A stretch of 63,736 bases of DNA, from assembly GCF_016433145.1 (NCBI RefSeq), contig NC_058132.1, forward strand, positions 88,355,754 through 88,419,489, given 5' to 3'. The DNA comes from Gracilinanus agilis. Lineage: Eukaryota. The notes under the pieces were generated by a model. That model worked only from the letters and a program-made list of their open reading frames with translations, had not been told where the DNA came from and searched no databases. Position numbers and translations under genes: made by a program. Below, piece after piece: positions 37,406 to 49,853 of this stretch; the stretch's first letter is position 1; each line of letters starts with the position of its first letter.

Positions 37406-39899
37406 ATAGAGGGAGTTTCCTTATCTGAGAGTTTCCTACACAAATGAAGTCATAAGTCGAGTCCCAGTCCAGTTAAGCAGCTGTGATTTTATTAGAAGAG
37501 GGAGTTTCCAGAAATGAAAATCTCACTTACCAATATAGATCAATACTTTAGATGCAGTTTTAGTCTTGTAGAGTTGCCTGAAGTGTAATTAGAGGCTTAG
37601 TGGATTAAATAACATCTCTCACATTATGGTAGGGGAAGGAATTAAACCCATGTCTTTCTAAAGAAGATCTTCTCTCCCATCTACCCTACCACATTGCTTT
37701 TCAGTAGGTCTGCAAATGACTATAATTTGCATCAGTTTATGTTCCAAGATGAACTTTCCTTACGTTTCTCATTGTACCATTGCATAGTGGATAGATAAAG
37801 AAATTGAGGTTCAGAGAGATTTTCTGTTGATCACACAGCTAATAAATATTGGCAAGAGTCAATTGAGGTCTTTCTGACTGACTGCAAGCCTATGATTCTA
37901 TGCATTGTATCATGTTGCCTCTGCATGAAATGGGCCTTATACTGGGTCACATAGCCCAACTTCTTCATTTTATATAGGGGAAAAAATGATAGATCTGAGG
38001 TCAGACAATTAGTTAATTATAAAGCTAGGTAATCTGTTGTCTCCTAGGACTATGCTTTTTGTACATAAGCAAACTATCTCCTGAAAACAAATTGAATTTA
38101 TTCAAGTTGCAGATGCACAGGGTGTTTCTGGAATATGCAGCATAGTGGAAAACATGCTGAACCAAGATTCAGATTCTTCCTCTGACACATTCTCTACTGG
38201 ATAACTTTCCATAAATCATGTGATTTCCCTAAATCTCCTTTACTCGAGGTAGTTGGACTAGATGACTTCTGAAGCCCCTTCTAGCTCTAAATTTATGTCC
38301 CTATGATTCTAATGAGAGAACTGAAAAACTCAGACAGATAAAGTCAAAAAATGGATAATTGTCACAGGTAAAAGAAAACTGAAATATAATGGGGATCCCT
38401 GAAGAGACTGCTTAGAGTGTGAGGGCATTGTAATCTATAAAGCTTTACATAGGATTGTACTAAATTTATTGTTTTAACTTCTTTAAATTCCCTTCTAGGG
38501 AGGAAGAGGTTGTTTTTTTTTTTTTAACAACAGAGGTGATCAATCTCTTTTGCCTATTTCCCATAATTTCATAATTAATGTTCTTCAAATGGATGATTAT
38601 GTAGTACATCAACCACCTCTCAAAGGAAGTAAAAGGCAGATCATCCACAAAACTTATATATAGGTAGTGAGATTAGGTCAAAGGTTTTTTAAATGGCTCT
38701 CTAGGGCCTTCAGGAAGGGAATAGAATGTCAAAGATCCAGTTATAGATTTTTCTTACAAGACCTTTAAGATGAAAGTGCATCTTGCTCTCAATCTGTGGA
38801 TCAGATTTCATTTCAACTATCTATGACAGATAAGCACCCCCATGCCCAGGTCTGATTGTGAGATATAGCAATTCAAAAGTAGTTTCCCAGTTTTATTTGG
38901 AAAGAATCCTGGCTCTAATATATGTTGGTTTCTTTATTTCCCAGAAATTCAAAAGCAATGATTGCTAAATAGTCAAGGTGCATCTGTTTCCTCCCATATC
39001 TATACTTTGGAAACTTTGAGTTTTATAATTAAGGAAAGGATAAAAGAAAAGGGAGAAGCAACAAGATCTGGCTCATTTCAAAAAATAATTATCCACTGCA
39101 TCAATATAGAAGTTAGTTCTCATGAGCTTGCCTGGGGACTGTAAAACAAATGTCCTTACCTAGTTATTCCCAGAGTTATGAGGAAGTGAATTTCCATGAA
39201 GAAAAGAACAAAGATAAGATGAAATTTGTACACACTCAAAATTTCTAACAGCCTTCACTTGTCTGAGCTATTTTCAGATTATAAATCAATTAATAAGTAT
39301 TTCTGAAGCATCCACATTTTATCAGACATGATGCTAGATGTTAGGGTCTTGATTATGAAAATAGTCCAGGTAATGGGTGATGTAGAGCTGATCAAAGGCA
39401 TTGTTTCTAAGAGCCATTAAAAAAGGTCAGAGATGGGATGTAATAGAGGCAGTGTGGACAATATTTGGCACCTGATTAGATATGGGATTCGAGGAAGTAT
39501 ACAGATTCAAAATGAGAGCAAGAATTTGACCCGAGGAGATTGGAAGAATAATGGTACTTTTATCAAAAATGAGAGCATTTGTTAGAAGTTGACTTTTTTA
39601 CCTATGCTAAGACCTTATTCTATCCTATTCTAGTAGAGGAACCAAAAATCTATCCATATAAACCCTTAAACTGAACCTACTATTCTAAGAAATTTAACTC
39701 TTGCAACATTCTACATATGTACATATGTATAATTATTTTTGTATAATTATTTTACAAATATCTACAGATTTTACAGATTTCTGTATAAAATTTACACTAT
39801 ATACAATTTTTGCATTATATAAAACTTCCCTAACCTATAACATACACAGATTATATTACAAAGTATGTGCTATATATATACATATATATATATACGAAA

Positions 39900-39939
39900 C
39901 ATAATGCATATAGTTGTACATACAACTATATGCATTATG
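39900..39939. repeat. Perfect inverted repeat, 19-bp arms with a 2-nt spacer
   Basis: CATAATGCATATAGTTGTA-CA-TACAACTATATGCATTATG. Confidence 0.97.
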
Positions 39940-40086
39940 CTTATAGGAGGAAGATAAACTTCCCCTCTTTTAGGGCTATATCAAATCATGAAGATTTTGG
40001 TTTTGCAAATACATTTTTGTGTTCCTTGAAGTTATCTTGGTGAAATACAACCAGATTTCAACTAAGGTAAGTTCTCATTGAGCTAC

Positions 40087-41965
40087 TGTGAACATTTATT
40101 GTAGTGTTTCTTCCATGATGATACCATCACCTGGATTAGATCTTAGAACAGTTTATGATACATGTATCCTATATGTGTGTGTGGCTTGCAAATACTTACC
40201 AGATCTTCACATCCTCCTCTTCTGCTGTTTTCTGTTGTCTCTATCTTCTGCCTTCATACTCCGTGGGAATACTATATGTAGTGTTGTTTGTGACTATAGT
40301 GAAAATGTGCAATGTCACCATGATGCAAAACCTCACAGTTTTCTGTCCATTATCTGTCTGTCTTCCTCTTCTGTGCTGGATTCTCTGCATAGCCTCTGTT
40401 ACCATCCACTCTGCTGTTCTCTCCTGTCCAATCCTGCTTTACTGTCTTCTGTTTTCAATCTTCTTCTCTTAGAATATTCTCTTCTCTGCAGACATCTTGC
40501 CTGATGAAAATTCTCTCAGCTATCTGTTGAAAATCTCTCAGCTATCTCTTCTTCTTCAGGAGTATTTTTTCTGTGTGAGCAATGGAACCACAAATCCTTC
40601 TCTAGTACTTTGATTGCTGTAGGTATAACTAATATGACTTTGAAAGGACCCATTCATGATTGTTGTGTTGCAGATGTTTCACTACAGTTTTTTATGTAAA
40701 CTGAGTCACCTGGCTGTATTTTATGGAGTGCATAGTCTAGAGGACCATCCTGCATTAATATTCCTGTCTTGAAGTTCTCTTATTCTATTTTGCAATGCAG
40801 TGATGTAAGGTGCTATTTGAATTTCTCCCCCAAGCATAGAAATATAAACTGTTTTAAACATTTTTGTTTGCAAAGGTGGATGTCCAAAAAGTATTTCATA
40901 AGGTGATATATGGACATCTGCTTAAGTCTAGTACAGTTATAGAACAATGCTAAAGGTAGTATTTCTGGCCATTTGAGATATGTCTACATACATAACTTCC
41001 CCACTATGGTTTTGATTTCTCTGTTTATACATGCAACTTGCTTTGAACTTTGTAGATGATATGGTAATGGAATTTTAATGTGATTCCCAAATTTTCATAG
41101 ACTTTAAAAAAAATGCAATCTTTGAAATGAGTACTTCTGTCTTAGTCCAATTTTAATGGTAGACAAAATCTTGGAATGATTTCCCTCAACAATATCTTAA
41201 CTACAAAGCTGGAAGTATTCTTGCTGGATGGGGATTCTTCTGGCCATCTAGTAAGTTGGTCAACTGTAATTAGACGGAATTTAAACTTCCCTGTTTTTGG
41301 CATGCTGATGAAATCAATTTGCAAGTTCTCAACAGGACTAAAAGCCAAACATCTTCCACCAAACACCTTTTGTTTAAATACACTCTGGTTGAACTTTTGA
41401 CAGGCTGAGCACAGAGAGCACACTTTGTTTGCATTTGTACTAATGCCTGGAGCAAGCCATTCATCTTTAACAGTATCAATCACAACTCTTGTCTCAAAAT
41501 GACCTTTGTTATGAATAGCCTGGCATATGTGATTCTAAAAAGCTTTTGGGAATATTGGCTTTCCCATAGCTGATAGCCAAATTCCATTCTCTTTTCTAGC
41601 TCCTAAATTCTGTTTCTATATTTGAATTTCTGGATCAGAGTATGCTTTTTTCCAAATTTGTTTCCTCTAACAAAGAAAGGCTCATTATATGAGCTGGTGC
41701 ATTTCTTGCAGTTTCTCTTGCAATGGCATCTGCCCTATGGTTTCCACGGGAGATAAGATTTTGCCCTAATGTATGAACTTGACAGTGGATTACAACCATC
41801 TCTTTTGTTTTTTGCAGAGCTGTCAGTAATGATTTTTATAATTCCAGTGTGAGAAGGCAAATGATACTGTCATTCTTGAGCTTCAGGAAGTATTATTAAT
41901 ACAGAATGAAATCACCTTTGGTTTTCTTTTTGTTGTAAATGACATTACCTGCTTGTTCTTGTGGA
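40087..41965 (-). mobile_element. Endogenous retrovirus pol fragment (RNase H plus integrase), degenerate, with an uncharacterised 3' segment
   Basis: ORF 41142-41483 gives C-x2-C ... LQIDFISMPK ... VDQLTRWPE ... EIIPRF-LP (integrase). Upstream, VIHCQVH...SRGNHRADAIA is RNase H. Downstream, LKWPEILPLAL, YEILFGHPP, IQPGDSVYIK and GPFKVIL are the integrase C-terminus. Frameshifts and stops are present. Confidence 0.9.
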
Positions 41966-41989
41966 ACTTATTGAGATAGTTTATAGCAA

Positions 41990-42190
41990 GAGGGCTGTAA
42001 CATTTCCCCTGTCCAAAGTGAGGTCACATCTGAAGTATTGTATTTAACTGGGAGTTTCAATTGCATAAAGGGAATTGACAAACTAGAGTGTGACTTGGGG
42101 GAGGTAGAACTCTTAGAGGACTGGAGACTATATTCTAACACTTCAGGGAAACTGGGATATTTAGCTTGAAGAAGAAAGTTAAGAAAAAAC
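41990..42190 (+). mobile_element. L3/CR1 3' fragment
   Basis: GTGAGGTCACATCTGAAGTATTG...ATTGACAAACTAGAG...GAAACTGGGATATTTAGCTTGAAGAAG. Confidence 0.7.
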
Positions 42191-43938
42191 ATTATTCATA
42201 TTTCCATGGATAGGAGAATAGGTAGTTTGGAAGTTGAGGAAGAATGGAGCAGATAAGATATTAGAAGGGAAATCTAGTATGTATGTATGGATAGTCCACA
42301 ATAGAAGAAGTCAAATTTCCTGTTGCCACTATTGTTGCTTGTGAGAATAAATTCTAATTCAAAGTTAGCAGAATTATACCATTCAATTATATTTATTGTT
42401 TGTTTATTTCCATCTACAAATACACTTGAGTTGTAACATATCAAATTCAATTAATAAGCCAAACAAATATTCATGAAATGCTTACCATATGCAGACTCTA
42501 TGCTAGGCATGAAGGATATGAGAACAAATATTGTAGAAATCTCTACTCACAATGAGCTTAAATTACTTTAGGGAAGATAACAATTACATATAAAAATATA
42601 TATGGCTTTTATATGGAATGAATACTTAGAAATATACATAAAATAGTTAAATGTTAGTTTGGGAAGGAGAGTACTAACAGTGAGAGATCAGGAAAAGCTT
42701 CATGCAGAAAATGGTGCTAAGCTACATCTTAAAATTTTCCAGGCATGGGGACAGACTAGTGCAAAGGTGTGGAGAAGGGAAATCAATGTTACGGGGGAGA
42801 AATAGAAAAAAGGTAGGTTTGATTATATTTCAGAATCCAGGAAGAGGAACAGTGTCCAACATATACCCATTTTCTCTGGACAACTTTTAACTTAAAACAA
42901 AAACAAAAGCAACTTTGAGGTTATATCAATTAAAATTTTCCATCAAGATGAGAAGAAAGCAATAGGTGTTTATTATAGAAGTGGTGAATTTCAAAGTTGT
43001 AAGGGCTCAGAGAGGTAATCTACTCAACTAAACCCCTTTAGAGTACTACAGATAATGGTAATCTATTTTCTGATTGAAGAACTTTAGTGTGGATAGGTTA
43101 ATATCTCACGAGGGATCTAATCATACTTTTTCACAGCTCTAATCATTAAGAAATTCTTTCTTTTAACTGACCCCAAAATAACTGCCCTTCAAATACCTTG
43201 TTTAATAGACTGGAAGTGGAAGAGATCTTAAGGATCATTTAATTCATTCTTCACTTTATATACAAAGAAATCTTAGATACAGAGAGTTTAAATGACTTGC
43301 TAAAGGTCATATAGGTTGGGATTTATTGGAATTTGAACTCATATCTTTGGATCCCAAATATAATGCCTTTTCCAGTGGACCAAACAAAGTATAAAAAGAA
43401 TTTAAAATGATATACATTAGGATCTACCATCCACTTAATTTCTCTATTTTCAAATAACTCAGTCTTAAATATGATGCATGGTCTTATACTCCTAGGTCTC
43501 CAATATTGATATTTTGGGGAAAATTTCTCAAACTTGGTTATTTAGCATACTTTTGCATGTTCAAAAATGTACCTTACATGTGGAGCACTTATATTTTTCT
43601 TCCTTCCTAACCTGATCCTAAATCTAATAAGCTATTTTCTAAAAATGTGTCTCTTGCCTTTATGCCTTCCTTTGTGGTTTTGAGAACATCCCTGTACATT
43701 TTTGGAGGGTTCATTGAGATTTCTTTCTCTTAAGAATGTTATGATCTTATACCTATTAGCTTTTTCTTCAGGATCAATTTGCTTGAATGGAAAACTCTTC
43801 CTAACATTTTCTTATACAACATAACCACATAAAATCATTACTTCCATATAATTACATTATTATTATATTGGAAATATTTGCTTCCAAGAACCCATCTCTG
43901 AAAAATATGTCTTAGGATTTCATAGTCTGGAGCAGAGA

Positions 43939-44880
43939 TCACACTCCAGCTTTGTTATGAGAAAACAAGCGGAGAAAACCAGTCTGTATTTGCTTAGTCT
44001 TGACACTATAGATAACAGGATTCATTAACGGAGGGAAAAGGAAGTAGACGTAGCTCATTGTGATATGGACCACATGTGGCACATGCTTTCCAAACCGATG
44101 GATGAACGTCAGGCCAACCACAGTGACATAGAAGACAAGGATGCAGCAGATGTGGGACACACAGGTATTGAGGGCCTTGGCTCGTTCCTCCCCAGAGGCA
44201 ATGCCCATGACTGTCTTGAGTATCAGAACATAAGAGAAGACAATAATCAAGAAGTCCATTAGAACCAGGGCAAACACAACTACTACAGGATACAGGCGAT
44301 TGAAGGTGATGTTGGCACAAGCCAACTTGATGACATCCTGGTGGAGGCAGAAGGCATGGGAGAGGATATGGGAATGGCAGTAAGGGAACCAATGAAGCCT
44401 CACAATTATGGGCATAATAGAGAAAGCAGCTCTCATCAGCACTCCAATGCCAATCTTCATCACCTGGGAATTGGTGAGGATAGTGGTATATCTGAGTGGG
44501 TTGCGAATGGCAACGAAACGGTCATAGGCCATGGCGAGCAAGACACCGGATTCCACGATAGAGAGAGTGTGGATGAAATAGGCCTGGGAGAAGCATATGC
44601 CATGGCCAATCTTCCTCTGATCTAGCCATAAGACCCCCAGAACAGTGGGCATTGTGGTAAGAGTTACGCCAAGGTCTGTGGCTGCCAGCATGGCCAGGAA
44701 ATAGTACATGGGTTCATGGAGGCTGTGGTCATTCTTGATGAGGAAGAGGAGACCACTATTGCCAAGAATAACAGAAAGATACACTACAAAGAAGGGGATG
44801 GAGATCCAGCGGTGAGCTGCCTCCAAGCCTGGGAAGCCAGTCAGCAAGAAGGGAGCTGTGCTGCTGCCGTTGGGCCACAT
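43939..44880 (-). CDS. OR51B6: Class I olfactory receptor OR51B6-like, intact (313 aa)
   Basis: MWPN...[14 protein letters not shown] start typical of OR51B. Segments [41 protein letters not shown] and [16 protein letters not shown] match recalled human OR51B6. Confidence 0.9.
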   Translation of the reverse strand: MWPNGSSTAPFLLTGFPGLEAAHRWISIPFFVVYLSVILGNSGLLFLIKNDHSLHEPMYYFLAMLAATDLGVTLTTMPTVLGVLWLDQRKIGHGICFSQAYFIHTLSIVESGVLLAMAYDRFVAIRNPLRYTTILTNSQVMKIGIGVLMRAAFSIMPIIVRLHWFPYCHSHILSHAFCLHQDVIKLACANITFNRLYPVVVVFALVLMDFLIIVFSYVLILKTVMGIASGEERAKALNTCVSHICCILVFYVTVVGLTFIHRFGKHVPHVVHITMSYVYFLFPPLMNPVIYSVKTKQIQTGFLRLFSHNKAGV

Positions 44881-45470
44881 GTTGGAACAAGGGCTCTACA
44901 TGTAGAAACGCATTCCTTCTGGAGGCTGTGACTTATGCTCCTCAAGCCTTGGGGCTTCTTGAAGCAGAAGAATACCTATTTAAATGATGTCCATTTTCCC
45001 AGCACTGATTCAAGGAGAGCAAGGAAGGGAAAGATTTGTTCCTTCTCCAGAAAGCCTGAGGGATAGGAAGTAGATAGATGTATAAAATTATATGATCTTT
45101 GAACTTATTGAGAGGTCAGAAGTCATCAAATTCAACTCATGATTGTCCAGGGTCACATATTTAGGAAGTATCTGAGGTCAGCTCTGAACCCAGGAACTCC
45201 TTTGTCCAGGTTTGGTTCTCTATCCACTGAGCCACCTAACTACCCAGTTATCTTTCTTATATTATAAGATACTTCTTAACCTAATAAAACATTATCAGTT
45301 ATTGGACAAGGATTTCATGAATACTTATTAATTGCCAGACACTAGTATACAATGACAAAGAATTAAACAAAATTCATTTTCAAGGAACTTACATGCTAAG
45401 GAGAGAGACAAATAAGCACACATATGTAATGAATATGTGTACATGTAAGCATATTAAATATAAAGAAAAG

Positions 45471-45674
45471 GGGACAGCTGGGTGGCTCAGTGGATTGAGA
45501 GCCAGGCTTAGAGATGGGAGGTCCTGAGTTCAAATCTGGCTTCAGACACTTCCCAGCTATGTGATCCTGGGCAAGTCACTTGACCCCCATTGCCTAGCCC
45601 TTATCACTCTTCTGTCTTGGAACCAATACCCAGTATTGACTCCAAGACGGAAGATAAGGGTTTATTAAAAAAAA
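45471..45674 (+). mobile_element. SINE-1/2_MD-type SINE
   Basis: Full length with TSD AAATATAAAGAAAA. Confidence 0.9.
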
Positions 45675-46593
45675 TGAAGAAATATAAAGAAAACAATATC
45701 TATCTAATAGTTTCTATCAATCTGTCTAGCTCTATCCTAACACAACATAGTAGATAGGGAGTCAAGATTTTATAAAGATAGTTATGGAGAGAAGGAGGTA
45801 GCAATTGATTGTATCAGACAAGGATTAGAGTAAAGATGGAGCTTGGAGGAAGAAAGGGATTCTATGTAATGATCAGTTGAATTATGTATGAGGACACACA
45901 CATAACATGTAGGGTCAAGATGTGTCTATTCATAGACCCTCTGTCTTCCCTGTCAGGGTAGGGGTGGAACATGGAAAGATGCACAGAAAATGTTCCCTTC
46001 CCTGATGGGCTGAGCTCAGGGAAGACTTACTATGATTGGAGGCAGGCAGAGAGAGAGAGATTTCTTACTACCTAGTGTTGTTGAATATCCTACTGATGGA
46101 ATGTCATGATTGAAGAAAGGAATCTGATGTATGAACTCATCTATTAATTTCACTGATGACCCATAGACTGACTGATTGAAAAAGGGAATGGAGGGAGGTT
46201 GGTGAAGAGAAGGGCTGGGGGGATTAAAGACAGAAGAGGAGAGTAGAGAGAAGTGAAAAGATACAACAGATGTTGAGGAAATGGAAGGAGTGGGATAGAA
46301 AAGAACAAGAGAGGAGCAGGAGGAGAGGGCAGAGTTAGGAAAGGAGGGCATAGAGCAGGGATTGGGTAGGAGAAACAACGTAGAAGTAGAAAATATAGGT
46401 GAGATATAAGTCTCTAGATTCCTTCTGGGTCATGGTGATGGAGAATGAGTATCTGCATGTAAGTACTGTGAGCTTCTATCTATCTACCTATCTCTATCCT
46501 AACAAAACATAGTGGATAGAGAGTCAAGATGCTATAAAGATAGTTCTGGAGAGAAGGAGGTAGCCATTGATTACATCAATAAGGCTTAGAGTA

Positions 46594-46774
46594 GGGCAGC
46601 TGGGTAGCTCAGTGGAGTGAGAGTCAGGCCTAGAGACAGGAGGTCCTAGGCTCAAACCCGGCCTCAGCCACTTCCCAGCTGTGTGACCCTGGGCAAGTCA
46701 CTTGACCCCCATTGCCCACCCTTACCACTCTTCCACCTATGAGACAATACACCGAAGTACAAGGGTTTAAAAAA
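46594..46774 (+). mobile_element. Young SINE-1_MD
   Basis: 16-bp TSD AATAAGGCTTAGAGTA (46578-46593 and 46775-46790). Confidence 0.95.
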
Positions 46775-47019
46775 AATAAGGCTTAGAGTAAAGATGGAGC
46801 TTGGAGGAAGGAAGGGCTTCAGGAGCTTTCTGAGTAGAGTATGAGACTCTGGCAAACAAAAACTCTCCAGTTGAAAGAACTCAAATATAGCACTAATATG
46901 GGTTCCTTCCTGGGTTTTTCAGTGGTATGAAATCTTTAACTTAGTTCCCTGGAGCCCACTGACACCACTGAGAACTTTGTGACACAATTGGGGGGATGCA
47001 GCCTTGGTTTGTCCTTTCC

Positions 47020-47110
47020 CTTACCTTACATCCTTTTTCCTTCCCATTAATCATGGGAACCAACGTCACTTCAGATGCCTTGTGAGGTGGAAAGAGTAAT
47101 TATTTATATC
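47020..47110 (-). promoter_or_regulatory. Predicted promoter and first exon of OR51B6-like
   Basis: Minus-strand GATATAAATA (47101-47110) followed by perfect donor AAG|GTAAGG (GT at 47024-47023). O/E-like TCTCAGGGA further upstream at about 47260-47268. Confidence 0.55.
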
Positions 47111-49853
47111 ATTCACCAGGAGACACAAGTTCTGGGAGAGGCTTTCTTTAAAGGCTTAAAGGAAGTTGGCTAAAGAAGCTTTCACAAACTCAGAAATCTC
47201 GTTGTTCTGTATATCTCTGTTAATCTCCTGAATCTAGTCCATTTCCCTTGTTTTTGTCTCCCTGAGAAATGTCTTCTTAGACTTTTGCCCATAGGCCAGA
47301 CCAAACTTCCCCTGAACCTAACCCATTTTGGATCTTGAGACAAAAGGCTTTCGCCTTTTATTCTAGCCCAGGAGAACGGCTGTCTAAGCCTCCTTTTCTC
47401 CTGATTCTCCAAATAATGGGAATATAATTTGGTCTCCACTATCCAGAGAAAGCATCTAGGTGGCACAATGGATAGAATGCTGGCCCTCAGAAGAACTGAG
47501 TTCAAATTTGGCCTCAGACACTTACAAACTGTTTGACTCCCAGAAAATCATTTAGCCTGTTTATCTCAGTTTTTTTTTTAACTGTAAAATGGTGATAATA
47601 ATAACACCTACTTCAAAGGGTTTCCTCAGCTATAAAATGTGAATAATAATGGCTCCTACCTTACAGGGTTGTTGTGGGTATCAAATGAGATAATAATGAA
47701 AAAGGTGTTAACAGCCCCTGACTTGTAGTAAGTGTAATATAAATGCTGGCTTTTGTTATTATTTGTAGTAGATTTTTCTGTTTTTCTATACTTTCTCACA
47801 AAACATTTAAATCTCTTTGGGTAGTATTCTGTTATACCCTGGAATTGAGTATGTCATTGGGCACTCATATACTACAAATCACTTGACTAGGCAGAAGGGG
47901 TAAACTAAGTGGTAACCACTAAGCACTTGACATGGTGACACAAAGACTGACTCATCTTACTAATACACAGACCTAGCTGGAGTCAAGAGATCTGGATTCC
48001 AATCCTAGATTTGCCACTCACTACCTGTGTGACCTTGGGCAAATCACTTAATCTTTCCAGGCCACCATTTAATCATTTCTTCAGGAAAGAGGTTGGATTA
48101 AGTAAACTAATTTCATTTAGCTACAGTGGAAGTAGTAATGAAGTGGAAGCAGGCTCACTAGAATCCCAAAGTGTCAAGCTCCAGATTTCTATGAGGATTA
48201 GGAAAATCAGCCTTGGGTCTTTCCCTAGCCCTGTTCTGATGCATAGACAGAGTCTTTCCCTGAGAACTGAGGACCACTGAAGAGGGAATTTAACAGGAGG
48301 AAGGAGAAGAAAGTCAGTGAAAGTTATATCATACAGCCAATCCATCTCAGATGATCAAAACAACCTGAAGAAAGCAACCAGCATTCTCTGGACCTGGCTG
48401 GAGTCCTAAGAAATGCTTTGGGAGATCCCTATGGTTTCTACTATGGATATTCAGTGTGGAAAAGGGAGGAGAATTGAACACATGTGGAAATGGACATTAT
48501 ATGCCCAGGCTTCCATTTTCCTTTTCATCTTTTCTTTTCTAAATTCTGTCTTCTCTAGTCTAGAAATCTGTGGATTCTTAAGAAAGGGAATAATGGGGCC
48601 TCACTTTGCAGCTACCCAGCGAAATGCTCAAATTTAGATTTTGGAAAGGATCTCAGAGAACATCTACTCTGAATCTCTGATTTTATAGAAGAAACTGAGT
48701 TCCAGAGAATCTAAGTGATTTGTTTGAAATCAAACAGAGAGTGACAAGAATTCAACCCAGGTTATAGATTGAGAAGTAGGAACCTCAGAAACCCCTTAGA
48801 AATCCAGATTTAAAAAAATTAAATTGTTTGTCTAAAATCACATAGTAAGTGAATGGAAAAAGAAGCCTTTGACCTAGATCTTCTTAACTCCACAAAGCAA
48901 AGAACTTTCCATAATGTCAAAGAAAAGACTTGAAATTGAATGGATCCTTCTAGGTGTATGCTTAAATCAAAATTCTGTGGATCTGCTCTTCTAGGCTAGA
49001 TGGTGTCCATGCAGAACCCTTGGAATTCAGAGAATAAGATTCTTTGTTTGACCCACCTTCAAAGGAGATTCTTAAAAAAAGCAAATTTACTGTCAGCATC
49101 TCTTTTTCTAGTCAATCTCACTCACCGGAGCCAGAGCCACAGGGCTGGCGATAAATCTCTGGTCTTATCCAAGGGCTCATTTTTGCCATTGTCTCTTGAG
49201 TCTTTTCTGAGGCCCACGAAAGGGCATATTTATTTAAGAGAGCATCTCCCTAGGGTGATCTTTCCTTTTTGCCAGACTACTGAAGAATTTCTGTTTGGAT
49301 ATCTTCTGCTCCCTCAGCAATATCCTAAAGATCCCTAAGTCCCTGTCCTGGTGAGCAGTTGCTACAGCCTGAGAATTGAGATTTAGTCTTTCTGGCTCCA
49401 AATTTGGAGAAGAGTGATGGACCATGAGACACCATAAGGTGGCAGCAGGATCTAAGGAAGAGGAAACTGGCTTCTAAGTAGTGAGATCCAAGAATGAAGT
49501 GGTGTAGGCCCAAGGAGTGTATAGTAAAACTTTTCCCCCACCAAGCTGACCCTTAGTAGCTGAGAAGATGCCTTTTTGCCTCTCTCTTCTTCACTGGCTA
49601 CTTCTGTTATTGCCCTAACGAAGTTATTTGAGAAAATAGATGCAAAAACTAAATACCAAAGATCCCAATAAGAACTAGAATTAGGATAGAGCAAGTAGGA
49701 TTTTACCAAAGGATGCCAACATTTAGATGATCCTGATATTATTTTGTTCTTTATTTATTTCTTTTACATTAAAGACATTAATAGATGGCTTTTACTTTGT
49801 AAGAAGTGTTTTTTTTAATATTAAAATACAATAGTTAAGTAACGCTAATAATG

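Noticed and set aside
40088-40504. 138-aa Cys/Leu/Ser-rich ORF
   Set aside because: Translation of a pyrimidine-rich strand. A compositional artefact with no env or TM-protein motifs.
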